From assembly GCA_964353135.1 (NCBI GenBank), contig CAYGTV010000002.1, positions 169,122 to 233,121 of the forward strand: 64,000 nucleotides of DNA, read 5' to 3'. The translations under genes were made by a program, and so were the position numbers. The DNA is from an uncultured Candidatus Saccharibacteria bacterium. Its GTDB lineage: Bacteria > Patescibacteriota > Minisyncoccia > Phycocordibacterales > UBA918. The notes beneath the pieces are model-generated. The model saw nothing but the letters and a program-made list of their open reading frames with translations, did no database searches and was not told the origin of the DNA. Below, piece after piece: positions 56,007 to 64,000 of the stretch; position 1 is the stretch's first letter; every line of letters begins with the position of its first letter.

Positions 56007-57197
56007 ATGGCAGATGCATTTGATCGATCAAAAGATCACATTAACGTAGGAACCATTGGTCACGTTGACCACGGGAAAACTACTCTAACTGCTGCAATCC
56101 TCACTACGCTTAACGCAAAAGGTGAAGGATACTCAGCAAACGTGAAGGACGTTGGAGAAATCGACAAAGCTCCAGAAGAAAAAGCTCGAGGTATTACTAT
56201 TTCGCTTTCACACTCTGAATACGAAACTCCAAAGCGACACTACGCACACATCGATGCGCCAGGTCACGCCGACTACATCAAAAACATGATTACAGGAGCT
56301 GCCCAAATGGACGGTGCTGTACTTGTGGTGGCTGCAACAGACGGAGCAATGCCGCAAACAAAAGAACACATCCTTCTTGCCAAACAAGTTGGAGTACCTA
56401 AAATGCTTGTTTTCCTAAACAAGTGTGACATGGTGGACGACGAAGAAATGATCATGCTCGTGGAAGAAGAGCTACGAGAAGACCTCACAAAAGCTGGATA
56501 CGACGGAGAAGGAGCACCAATCATCCATGGTTCTGCCCTAAAGGCACTTGAAGGAGATGCTACATGGCAGGCTAAAATCATCGAACTAGTCGATGCGATG
56601 GATGCGTACTTCCCAACTCCAGAACGTGAACTAGACAAGCCTTTCCTAATGCCAATCGAGGACATCTTCTCAATTGAAGGACGAGGAACAGTGGTAACTG
56701 GTCGAGTAGAACGAGGAATGGTGAAAGTAGGTGAGGAAATCGAAATTGTTGGTATCACAGATACAAAAGTAACAACTGTTACTGGAGTTGAAATGTTCAA
56801 TAAGCAATTGGATCAAGCACAAGCTGGAGACAATGCAGGTATCCTACTACGAGGAACTAAAAAAGAAGACGTACACCGAGGTCAAGTTCTTGCTGCTAAA
56901 GGGTCAGTAACTCCACACACAGAATTTGAAGCAGAAGTATACGTTCTATCAAAAGATGAAGGTGGACGTCACACTCCATTCTTCTCAGGTTACAAGCCAC
57001 AGTTCTACGTTCGAACTACTGACGTTACAGGAGACGTAACACTAGCAGAAGGAACAGAAATGGTAATGCCAGGAGACACAGCTACGTTCAAAGTGAAACT
57101 AGTTGCTCCAGTTGCCATGGAAGAACAAACTAACTTTGCGATTCGTGAAGGAGGGAAGACTGTAGGAGCTGGTGTTGTAACTAAAATTGTCGCCTAA
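56007..57197 (+). CDS. tuf: Elongation factor Tu
   Basis: [22 protein letters not shown] and 396 aa. Confidence 0.95.
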   Translation: MADAFDRSKDHINVGTIGHVDHGKTTLTAAILTTLNAKGEGYSANVKDVGEIDKAPEEKARGITISLSHSEYETPKRHYAHIDAPGHADYIKNMITGAAQMDGAVLVVAATDGAMPQTKEHILLAKQVGVPKMLVFLNKCDMVDDEEMIMLVEEELREDLTKAGYDGEGAPIIHGSALKALEGDATWQAKIIELVDAMDAYFPTPERELDKPFLMPIEDIFSIEGRGTVVTGRVERGMVKVGEEIEIVGITDTKVTTVTGVEMFNKQLDQAQAGDNAGILLRGTKKEDVHRGQVLAAKGSVTPHTEFEAEVYVLSKDEGGRHTPFFSGYKPQFYVRTTDVTGDVTLAEGTEMVMPGDTATFKVKLVAPVAMEEQTNFAIREGGKTVGAGVVTKIVA

Positions 57198-57222
57198 GCG
57201 CAATTGCTAAAGAAATAACACT

Positions 57223-57567
57223 ATGGCTACAGACACTACATCAAAAACCTCCGACGGAGCTATCAACAAACTGCGTATTCGAGTGCGTGCGTACGAACAC
57301 AAAATTCTCGATACTTCTGTAAAGCAGATCATTGATACAGCGATGCGTTTCGACGCTACAGTCGTTGGACCAATCCCGCTGCCAACAGAAATTAAGAAAT
57401 ACACAGTCAACCGTTCAACCTTCGTGCACAAGGACGCGCGAGAACAATTCGAGATGCGAACACACAAGCGTGTGATCGATATCCTCAATCCGAGTCCAAA
57501 AGTAGTAGAGGCTCTCACGAACCTTTCGCTACCGTCAGGAGTCAACATCGACGTGAAGATGATGTAA
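57223..57567 (+). CDS. rpsJ: 30S ribosomal protein S10
   Basis: [15 protein letters not shown]...GPIPLPT...[15 protein letters not shown] is the S10 signature. Confidence 0.9.
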   Translation: MATDTTSKTSDGAINKLRIRVRAYEHKILDTSVKQIIDTAMRFDATVVGPIPLPTEIKKYTVNRSTFVHKDAREQFEMRTHKRVIDILNPSPKVVEALTNLSLPSGVNIDVKMM

Positions 57568-57708
57568 GAATTTGCTAGCGCAAATTCTTCCTCCCATCGC
57601 TACGCTCGGAAATGAATATGCCTTACGGCGCATTCATTTTGCTCGCTACGCTTGGTAGTAGGTAGAAAAGAGTGCTAGCAGATATAGTCTGTTTGCCAAA
57701 CAACAAAA

Positions 57709-57737
57709 ACCGCCCATGTGGGCGGTTTTTGTTGTCT
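57709..57737 (+). terminator. Intrinsic terminator after rpsJ (aaaaaccgcccatgtgggcggttttt)
   Basis: Perfect hairpin plus T-run. Two smaller palindromes lie at 57569-57589 and about 57614-57643. Confidence 0.7.
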
Positions 57738-57785
57738 AGTGTCTGCTATAATTTTGGTAGAGATCAACCATCAATCAACAAACTT

Positions 57786-58121
57786 ATGAAACACTCTAAA
57801 CAGTTGACAGTACTAGTAGTAACGTTATTAATACTTCTCATATTTGGAATTGCTTTTTCTCTGTATCTATTAAACATGAGTCAATCGGCAGTACTAATTG
57901 ACTCAGCAGCTGAAACTGACTCAGCAACCAAAGAAACAGACCAGTCAGAAGAAGCGATTAGATCTAGACTAGAAGCGGTGATGGGTACACAGCCGCCTGC
58001 CAGTACAGCATCAACCTCAGAAACAATTGACCGTCTGAACGCTGTAATGGAACAATCAGAACCAATAGATTCGGAGGCAGTCAAAGCTCGCTTAGAGGCA
58101 GTTATGAATAACACCAATTAA
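57786..58121 (+). CDS. Module 2 small membrane-anchored repeat protein (111 aa)
   Basis: MKHSKQLTVLVVTLLILLIFGIAFSLYLL anchor, then three repeats (EEAIRSRLEAVMG, ETIDRLNAVMEQ, EAVKARLEAVMNN). Confidence 0.55.
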   Translation: MKHSKQLTVLVVTLLILLIFGIAFSLYLLNMSQSAVLIDSAAETDSATKETDQSEEAIRSRLEAVMGTQPPASTASTSETIDRLNAVMEQSEPIDSEAVKARLEAVMNNTN

Positions 58122-58131
58122 TATATTTATT

Positions 58132-58620
58132 ATGACAACATTTTTTAGCACATTCAAACAAATCGGATTCTTTACCATCGCCCTAACACTCGCACTGGTA
58201 GCCAACTTTGCCTACGGCCAGTGGGTGAACCCAACCCAGGCACCAACCGGTGGCAACGTCGAGGTACCAATCAATACCTCAGGTGCGTCACAAATTAAAA
58301 CTGGAAATCTTGGAATTGGTAGTGTGTTTGTGGATGACACGGCGTATTCAAATAGATACTGCAATCTAGATGGTAGTGCCTGTGCAACTGTGGCCGAGAT
58401 GTTGGCAGGCGGAGGAGGGGTATCAGCGCCTACAGGTCCAACTACGCAGCTATACTCTTGTCCAAATGTTAGTAATACAGCCATGACAATCTTTGGGTGC
58501 CCATCGTCATGCAATGGGCAAGTATCTACTCGGAGTACTTGTGGTGCAGCCAGCAGAAACAGCAGCAACAATCGGTGTGAGCAAGTTCCCGTCAACTGCG
58601 CACCGATCAGTGTGAATTGA
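58132..58620 (+). CDS. Module 2 secreted Cys-rich protein (162 aa)
   Basis: FKQIGFFTIALTLALVANFAYG/QWVNPTQAPTGGNVEVPINTSGASQIKTGNLG, and 10 Cys in the C-terminal half. Confidence 0.6.
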   Translation: MTTFFSTFKQIGFFTIALTLALVANFAYGQWVNPTQAPTGGNVEVPINTSGASQIKTGNLGIGSVFVDDTAYSNRYCNLDGSACATVAEMLAGGGGVSAPTGPTTQLYSCPNVSNTAMTIFGCPSSCNGQVSTRSTCGAASRNSSNNRCEQVPVNCAPISVN

Positions 58621-58890
58621 TTATTAACATAGTGCTGCGGCCGAAACGCCAGTTTTTGTTATCCCCAGTTAGGTACTAAGCAGAGTTGCTAATTATAGCG
58701 GGGATGGCATTATATAGAAACAAAGGAGGGCACCCAGCAATGGGTGCCACTTCTGCGTTATATGGACACGAGCTCTCAAGGGAATGAGTGACCACGAAAA
58801 GAGGTAAAGAAGCCGACTACCACAGCATGATTACGTGGATGAGTCAGTACATTACTACGATCTTTATAATCTTAATTATTTAAGAACAAC

Positions 58891-59013
58891 ATGGAAAAAA
58901 TTCCAACCCAAAGCACTGATCAATTTGCCAGTGAAAACACCTGGCTCGTTCATTGCTTGAGTCTAGCAACCATTGGTATGTTAGCCTACATGCAACTAGC
59001 GCCGATCATCGCC
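58891..59013 (+). CDS. Possible 40-aa hydrophobic micro-protein (MEKIPTQSTDQFASENTWLVHCLSLATIGMLAYMQLAPIIA)
   Basis: Not in the ORF track. It sits in a 530-bp gap between modules 2 and 3 and is followed by a terminator at about 59057-59095. Speculative. Confidence 0.2.
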
Positions 59014-59056
59014 TAATAGGTGATAGAAAGAAATTGATTATTGCTTAACAAAAATA

Positions 59057-59095
59057 AAAGCCGCTTCGAGCAACATGCCAGATGCGGCTTTTTGT
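59057..59095 (+). terminator. Intrinsic terminator (aaaagccgcttcgagcaacatgccagatgcggctttttgtg)
   Basis: Hairpin plus T-run upstream of module 3. Confidence 0.55.
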
Positions 59096-59154
59096 GTATT
59101 CAGATTCTGTGGAATAACATGTAATGGATTTTGGGTTAGAGATATACTAAATTT

Positions 59155-59520
59155 ATGAGACGTTCAGAACAACTCATAGTCCTCATCACAATGATCCTCA
59201 TATTGCTGGTATTTGGTCTCGTGTTTTATTTGTATTTATCTGCTCCTAATAAAACAGTGGAGCTCGAACAGTCTAGTGCACCAGAGAGCATAACTGCAGA
59301 AGATGTTGATCCGTCACGGTTATCTGAAGCCGAAATACAAGCTCGACTGGAGTTGGTACGACCAACCATGACTGATGCTACTGCAGAGGAAAGTACAGAG
59401 ATTAGAGAAAGACTGAGTGTTGTCAGAGAAGCACAAGCAGACTTGACTCCAGAAGAAAAGGTAGCCAAAGAGGCTGAAATAAAAGCTCGGCTGGATATGT
59501 TACGAGAAACAACAAACTAA
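59155..59520 (+). CDS. Module 3 small membrane-anchored repeat protein (121 aa)
   Basis: MRRSEQLIVLITMILILLVFGLVFYLYL anchor, then repeats (EAEIQARLELVRP, STEIRERLSVVRE, EAEIKARLDMLRE). Confidence 0.55.
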   Translation: MRRSEQLIVLITMILILLVFGLVFYLYLSAPNKTVELEQSSAPESITAEDVDPSRLSEAEIQARLELVRPTMTDATAEESTEIRERLSVVREAQADLTPEEKVAKEAEIKARLDMLRETTN

Positions 59521-59532
59521 TTACAATAATTT

Positions 59533-60246
59533 ATGAACACTATCACCCAAACCTTCAAGCAAATCGGATTCTTTACCATCGCACTGACTCTGGCGTTGTT
59601 TGCAAACTTTGCCTACGGACAGTGGGCGAATCCAACTGCAGCGCCAACTGGAGGAAATATTGCAGCACCAATTAATACTAGTGGGGAGTATCAGGAAAAG
59701 TATGGAGACATTGGTGCTGGAGAATTGCTTGCAGCTAGTAGAATGCGTTCTGATCAGTACTGCAACTTGGCTGGTGATCCCGCGAGTTGTTTTTCACCAG
59801 CAGATGTGTCTGGAGGAGGTGGAGGTTCGCTTTCTGCTCTAAGTGCGTATCACACCAGGCTTGATTTGAGTGGCGTTGGTGGGAGTAATTGTAGTTGTGG
59901 AGCTGGGGATATACTTACTGGCTGCAGTGGTTTCCAAAGCGGTGATAGGACAACAGCGGCAGTTGATAATAGTAATGGCCCTGACTACTGTAGAAATGAA
60001 GGAACAGGTCAGTTTCCAATTTGTAGCTGCTTGGATATTACTATAGACAGTTGTGTCCCAATAGCGCCTGAAGTAATTACACTCCAGAGTGGTTGCGGAA
60101 CTGGAACTAATTTGTCTCAGGTGCCCCAATGTCCTGATGGTTTTACTGAGGTAAATACATACAAATCTGGCTGTGGTACTTCAAATAACGGTAATGATAG
60201 AGATAGGTACTATCGCGTTTGTAACGGTCCACCAAGATGCGAGTAA
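59533..60246 (+). CDS. Module 3 secreted Cys-rich protein (237 aa)
   Basis: FKQIGFFTIALTLALFANFAYG/QWANPTAAPTGGNIAAPINTSGEYQEKYGDIG...RMRSDQYCN, and about 16 Cys in the C-terminal part. Confidence 0.6.
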   Translation: MNTITQTFKQIGFFTIALTLALFANFAYGQWANPTAAPTGGNIAAPINTSGEYQEKYGDIGAGELLAASRMRSDQYCNLAGDPASCFSPADVSGGGGGSLSALSAYHTRLDLSGVGGSNCSCGAGDILTGCSGFQSGDRTTAAVDNSNGPDYCRNEGTGQFPICSCLDITIDSCVPIAPEVITLQSGCGTGTNLSQVPQCPDGFTEVNTYKSGCGTSNNGNDRDRYYRVCNGPPRCE

Positions 60247-60286
60247 TCATTGTGATACACAAAACGATTACTGAGCGATGACAAAA

Positions 60287-60318
60287 TCTAAAACCGCCCC
60301 GTACAACCGCAGGCGGTT
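60287..60318 (+). terminator. Intrinsic terminator (aaaaccgcc ccgtacaaccgca ggcggtttt gttatttt)
   Basis: After module 3 and before rplC. Confidence 0.65.
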
Positions 60319-60528
60319 TTGTTATTTTGCTTGCTTTTTTAGTCAGAATCTATATACTCTCGGGTAGCTGAAAAGACCTATGTACAGATGTGAGTTTACT
60401 CGCACTGGACCACTGGGCACAAACCGCGCAATTTCTTTTGTGTGAGCTGTGCTCGCAAATTAGAAATTGCGCGGTTTGATGTATGGGTCTCAGCTTTATC
60501 AGACAGAAGTAAGGTTCATACAACAATA

Positions 60529-61158
60529 ATGAAATTTATTCTCGGAACCAAAACTGGCATGACCCAAGTCTTCACCGAAGACGGACGATGTCACGCAGCC
60601 ACCGTACTTAAAGTTGAACCAGCGAAAATTTCGCAGGTAAAGACTCTTGAAGTCGACGGCTACGATGCAGTCCAACTTGCGTCAGGTACTCAAAAAGAGC
60701 ACCGAGTCAGTAAGGCAGCCAAAGGTCACTTTGGTGGAGCAGTAGCAAACGCACGTGAATTCCGCGCGCGAAAAGGCTACGACAACGAAACAATCGAAGG
60801 TCTCGAAAAAGGTGCGACACTAGATGCATCAATATTTGAGCCAGGCGATGAGATTACTGTTTCGGCAGTAAGTAAAGGTAAGGGATTCCAAGGTGTTGTA
60901 AAACGACACGGGTTCGCAGGAGGTCGACGGTCACATGGTCAGAAACACTCTGAACGTGAGCCGGGGTCAATTGGAGCAACAGGAATCGCACGTGTTTTGA
61001 AAGGAACACGTATGGCCGGACGAATGGGATCAGATACAGTACAAATCAAAGGTTTGAAAGTACTACAAGTAAACGCAGAGGAAAATATTCTCGTCGTTTC
61101 AGGAGCGGTCCCAGGTCGAAAGGGAACTTTAGTAGAAGTGTTTAGCACACCTAAATAA
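60529..61158 (+). CDS. rplC: 50S ribosomal protein L3
   Basis: MKFILGTKTGMTQVFTEDG... is a canonical L3 start. The ORF-track start at 60442 is an upstream extension. Confidence 0.9.
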   Translation: MKFILGTKTGMTQVFTEDGRCHAATVLKVEPAKISQVKTLEVDGYDAVQLASGTQKEHRVSKAAKGHFGGAVANAREFRARKGYDNETIEGLEKGATLDASIFEPGDEITVSAVSKGKGFQGVVKRHGFAGGRRSHGQKHSEREPGSIGATGIARVLKGTRMAGRMGSDTVQIKGLKVLQVNAEENILVVSGAVPGRKGTLVEVFSTPK

Positions 61159-61168
61159 TCACTGATAT

Positions 61169-61846
61169 ATGAAATCAACAATCTATACCCGTGAAGGTGC
61201 TGAAAAAGGTGAGGTAACACTCCCAGAATCAGTATTTGGTGTTGCGTGGAACGCGGACCTAGTTCACGAAGTGGTAGTGGGAATGCAGGCAAACGCCCGC
61301 GAAGGAACAGCTCACACCAAAGACCGAAGTGAAGTACGCGGAGGTGGTCGAAAGCCATGGAAGCAAAAAGGAACTGGACGAGCGCGACATGGTTCACGTC
61401 GTTCACCGATTTGGACAGGAGGAGGTGTGACATTTGGTCCACGATCTGAAAAAGATTACTCAGTCAAAATCAACAAGAAAGTACGAGCCAAAGCATTTGC
61501 AACAGTAATGTCTAAAAAACTAGCAGACAACGAAGTTATCTTTGTTGAAACCCTAGCAATGGACGAACCAAAAGCAAAAGACGCAAAGGCAACAATTGCA
61601 GCTCTAGCAAAGGGAACAGGATTTGAAACTCTTGCAACTAAGCGAAAGAATGCAGCGCTTGTAGTACTCTCAAGCCGAGACCTTGCAACTGAAAAAAGTT
61701 TCCGAAACTTTGGAAATATCGAAGTTGCACAAGCAAAGGATATCAACCCAGTTGATCTTCTCACTTACAAGTACGTAGTAGTTGCAGATCCAGCAGCAGC
61801 GGTCGAAATCTTCGCCACTCGAGTTGGAGCAACTCCTGCAAAATAA
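61169..61846 (+). CDS. rplD: 50S ribosomal protein L4
   Basis: L4 similarity throughout (GTGRARHGSRRSPIWTGGGV). 225 aa. Confidence 0.9.
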   Translation: MKSTIYTREGAEKGEVTLPESVFGVAWNADLVHEVVVGMQANAREGTAHTKDRSEVRGGGRKPWKQKGTGRARHGSRRSPIWTGGGVTFGPRSEKDYSVKINKKVRAKAFATVMSKKLADNEVIFVETLAMDEPKAKDAKATIAALAKGTGFETLATKRKNAALVVLSSRDLATEKSFRNFGNIEVAQAKDINPVDLLTYKYVVVADPAAAVEIFATRVGATPAK

Positions 61847-61857
61847 GTCAAACTAAC

Positions 61858-62238
61858 ATGGCCCTCTTTGGATCTAAGAAAAAAGACAAAAAAGAGGAGA
61901 GTGTGGACACTCCAGCAGTTGTGAAAAAAGACGTCAAAGCGCCACTGGCGACTGGACATGACCTTTCTTCAGTAATCGTTGGACCACGTATCACGGAAAA
62001 AGCGGTTGGAATGAGTGAGCAAAATGTCTTTACATTCGTTGTAAAGTCATCTGCTACAAAATTCCAAGTGCGTGATGCAATCAAAGCTCTCTACAATGTG
62101 ACGCCGGTGAAAGTAAACATCGTCAACAAAAAAGCAGCCAAGCGAACCAAAGGGTTCTCAGGCAAGACAGTACATCACAAAGGAATGAAAAAAGCCTACG
62201 TGTATCTTAAAAAAGGCGACACGATTAACATCGTCTAG
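61858..62238 (+). CDS. rplW: 50S ribosomal protein L23 (with ~30-aa Lys-rich N-terminal extension)
   Basis: L23 core (VIVGPRITEKA...FTFVV...VNIVN). The N-terminus carries an extra KKKDKKEE stretch. Confidence 0.85.
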   Translation: MALFGSKKKDKKEESVDTPAVVKKDVKAPLATGHDLSSVIVGPRITEKAVGMSEQNVFTFVVKSSATKFQVRDAIKALYNVTPVKVNIVNKKAAKRTKGFSGKTVHHKGMKKAYVYLKKGDTINIV

Positions 62239-62438
62239 CACAGCTTCCAGCGATTCTCCCTTGATAGGTCGAATCGGGAAGTAACACCACAAAAGCAGTT
62301 CCATTTTTATAGTCGGCTAACACCTTCTTAAAAATTGGTCATTCGCAATATACTCTTCGAGTATTTGCTCATTCATTATTAGTTAGGAAGATAAGCAAAG
62401 CTGTCTAGCTTTCGCACTAGTTTCTAACAAACTCAATT

Positions 62439-63302
62439 ATGGTAAAGAAATATAAACCAACATCAGCCGGTCGACGTGACGGTTCGGTGATCGAATACAA
62501 GAAAAAACTTACGTCGACACAAAGTAGTCCACTCAAAGGTCTTACAAAAGGTAAGCGAAGTACTGGTGGACGAAACAGTGATGGTCGTATTACGACTCAT
62601 TACCGTGGAGGAGGGAACAAACGAACCTATCGTTTGATTGACTTCAAATACGATAAGCTCAATGTTCCAGCAACTGTTGAAACGCTTGAATACGATCCAA
62701 ACCGATCAGGATTCATCGCTTTGATTTGTTACGCAGATGGTGAACGACGATACATCTTGGCACCACAAAAGCTACAAGCTGGAGCGCAAGTGGTGACATC
62801 TGCCACTGCTAAAGTGAAAGTTGGAAATAGGCTTCCACTACACGCAATTCCAGTAGGTACATTTGTGTACAACGTGGAAATCAACCCAGGAGCAGGAGCA
62901 CGTCTGGCGCGATCAGCCGGGAACCATGCCGAAGTAGTAGCGCAAGACGACACGCACACAACGCTCAAGATGCCATCATCTGAAATCCGAAAAGTTCACA
63001 AGACTGCTTGGGCTTCAGTTGGAGCGGTATCAAACGAAGAATATCGTTTGGTAGATATCGGAAAGGCGGGGCGCGCGCGTCACATGGGTCTACGACCAAA
63101 GGTACGTGGAGCTGCGAAAAATGCAGTAGACCACCCACACGGAGGAGGTGAAGGTAAGTCTCCTCGAGGACACCGACGACAGCGAACCAAACAAGGTCGC
63201 CCAACCGGTAAAGGACAGAAGACTCGTTCACCAAAGAAATACTCAAACAAACTCATCATCAACCGGCGAAAGCCAGGTCGACTCATGGGCGGGAAGCGGT
63301 AA
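62439..63302 (+). CDS. rplB: 50S ribosomal protein L2
   Basis: L2 signature (GGGNKRTYRLIDF, GRNSDGRIT, GGGEGKSP, HRRQRTKQGRP). Confidence 0.95.
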   Translation: MVKKYKPTSAGRRDGSVIEYKKKLTSTQSSPLKGLTKGKRSTGGRNSDGRITTHYRGGGNKRTYRLIDFKYDKLNVPATVETLEYDPNRSGFIALICYADGERRYILAPQKLQAGAQVVTSATAKVKVGNRLPLHAIPVGTFVYNVEINPGAGARLARSAGNHAEVVAQDDTHTTLKMPSSEIRKVHKTAWASVGAVSNEEYRLVDIGKAGRARHMGLRPKVRGAAKNAVDHPHGGGEGKSPRGHRRQRTKQGRPTGKGQKTRSPKKYSNKLIINRRKPGRLMGGKR

Positions 63303-63342
63303 CGCAAAGAAAAACACCTCAGCTGAGGTGTTTTTCTTTGCG
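63303..63342 (+). terminator. Perfect 40-bp palindrome terminator after rplB (cgcaaagaaaaacacctcag ctgaggtgtttttctttgcg)
   Basis: Seen in the sequence. It ends the ribosomal gene run where rpsS would normally follow. Confidence 0.75.
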
Positions 63343-63344
63343 TT

Positions 63345-63600
63345 AGTGTCTGACCAATGTCAGACACGGCCGCTTTCCGAGACGGAGCGTTGTGAGCGGC
63401 GGCGATAGCCGGCCGACGCGAACAGCGAGTCGGGGTCGCGAGCGTTAGCTAGAATTGAGCCGAAGGCGAAAATTATAGCTTTCGACTGGTGACGCAAGCG
63501 GTGCCTTGCGGCACTTATGTATCGTTTTCCAAGCCCGAGACATATCGCGTGAAGGATGATCAAAAAATTGATTTGAATTGTGCGTTGTACAAGTTCTGTT
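63345..63600 (+). ncRNA. GC-rich, hairpin-dense non-coding region (candidate structured RNA or leader)
   Basis: About 250 bp with no convincing ORF. It contains multiple stems (gtgtctgaccaatgtcagacac; gtgccttgcggcac) and is locally GC-rich. No family identified. Confidence 0.25.
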
Positions 63601-63700
63601 ACTTATCCACGGGGTTTGTGTTCAGGACAGTATTTGCATGTATTATAAAAAGTAATTGGAGACAGCACCTGCGGGTGCTGTCTCTTTCGTTTATTACGTA

Positions 63701-64000
63701 TCAAATCATCATGAATAGCTTACTTATTACACCCAAAACAATCATTGTAACGCTAGCTTTCTTAGCGTTAGCGATGGTTACCCCTGCGTTTGCAGCTCAC
63801 AGTGATTACCACTATGAGGTCACCCGGGGGACGCTCGACAGTTCGATGCCAGCTTCTCAAGGAGTGCAGACACTTGATCAGCATGGATTTCGATTCTTCT
63901 GTGTACCTTCTCACTTTTCTTATGATGATCCGGTTGTGTACCCAGGAGAGTCCGGACGGGCCCACTTACACATGTTCTACGGGAACCTAGGTGTGACCCA
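63701..64000 (+). CDS. Partial (5' end) secreted protein, runs off the window
   Basis: ATG at 63701 starts an open frame to the window end: MNSLLITPKTIIVTLAFLALAMVTPAFA/AHSDYHYE..., an Sec signal peptide with an AxA site. Confidence 0.4.

Noticed and set aside
63080-63563. ORFs 63080-63367 (-) and 63360-63563 (-) in the GC-rich region after rplB
   Set aside because: They overlap the rplB 3' end and terminator or lie in a hairpin-dense GC-rich segment. They are Arg/Pro-rich low-complexity sequence, typical of spurious GC-rich frames.
1-64000. CRISPR arrays, rRNA genes, tRNA genes, transposases or integrases
   Set aside because: No regular short direct-repeat and spacer periodicity was seen. 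No GGTTCGAATCC-type T-arm or cloverleaf candidates were spotted by eye. No DDE, serine or tyrosine recombinase-like ORF was recognised. A proper tRNAscan, Infernal or CRISPR-finder run would be needed to be certain.

Overview
The window looks like a segment of a small, Gram-positive-like or CPR (Saccharibacteria-like) bacterial chromosome. Evidence is circumstantial: RNase Y, family II pyrophosphatase, a type IV pilus cluster plus ComEC, about 45% GC by eye, and compact genes with hairpin terminators. The left ~31 kb is housekeeping (rny, clpP, tig, ppaC, nusA, tpiA-pgk, recJ, rnhA, sodA, rpmB), a type IV pilus cluster (pilB, pilC, three prepilin-like genes), and a ComEC that is split into a membrane part and a separate MBL-domain ORF. 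The right ~33 kb is the conserved str/S10 ribosomal region (rpsL-rpsG, fusA, tuf-rpsJ, rplC-rplD-rplW-rplB), but it is broken apart by accessory DNA in three places. (1) About 17 kb of compositionally heterogeneous genes sit between rpsG and fusA. This block includes a PLP decarboxylase, a two-gene cassette flanked by ~180-bp direct repeats, a Tat-signal vWA protein, DUF924, ABC-F, a GIY-YIG protein, a histone-H1-like protein, and an oxidoreductase-DedA fusion. (2) Two large paralogous secreted proteins lie between fusA and tuf. (3) Three tandem paralogous two-gene modules, each a small membrane-anchored repeat protein plus a secreted Cys-rich protein, bracket tuf-rpsJ and separate rpsJ from rplC. 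These modules and the large paralogs are the best candidates for an undescribed cell-surface system. No rRNA, tRNA, CRISPR array or transposase was recognised. Most genes end in clear hairpin terminators.
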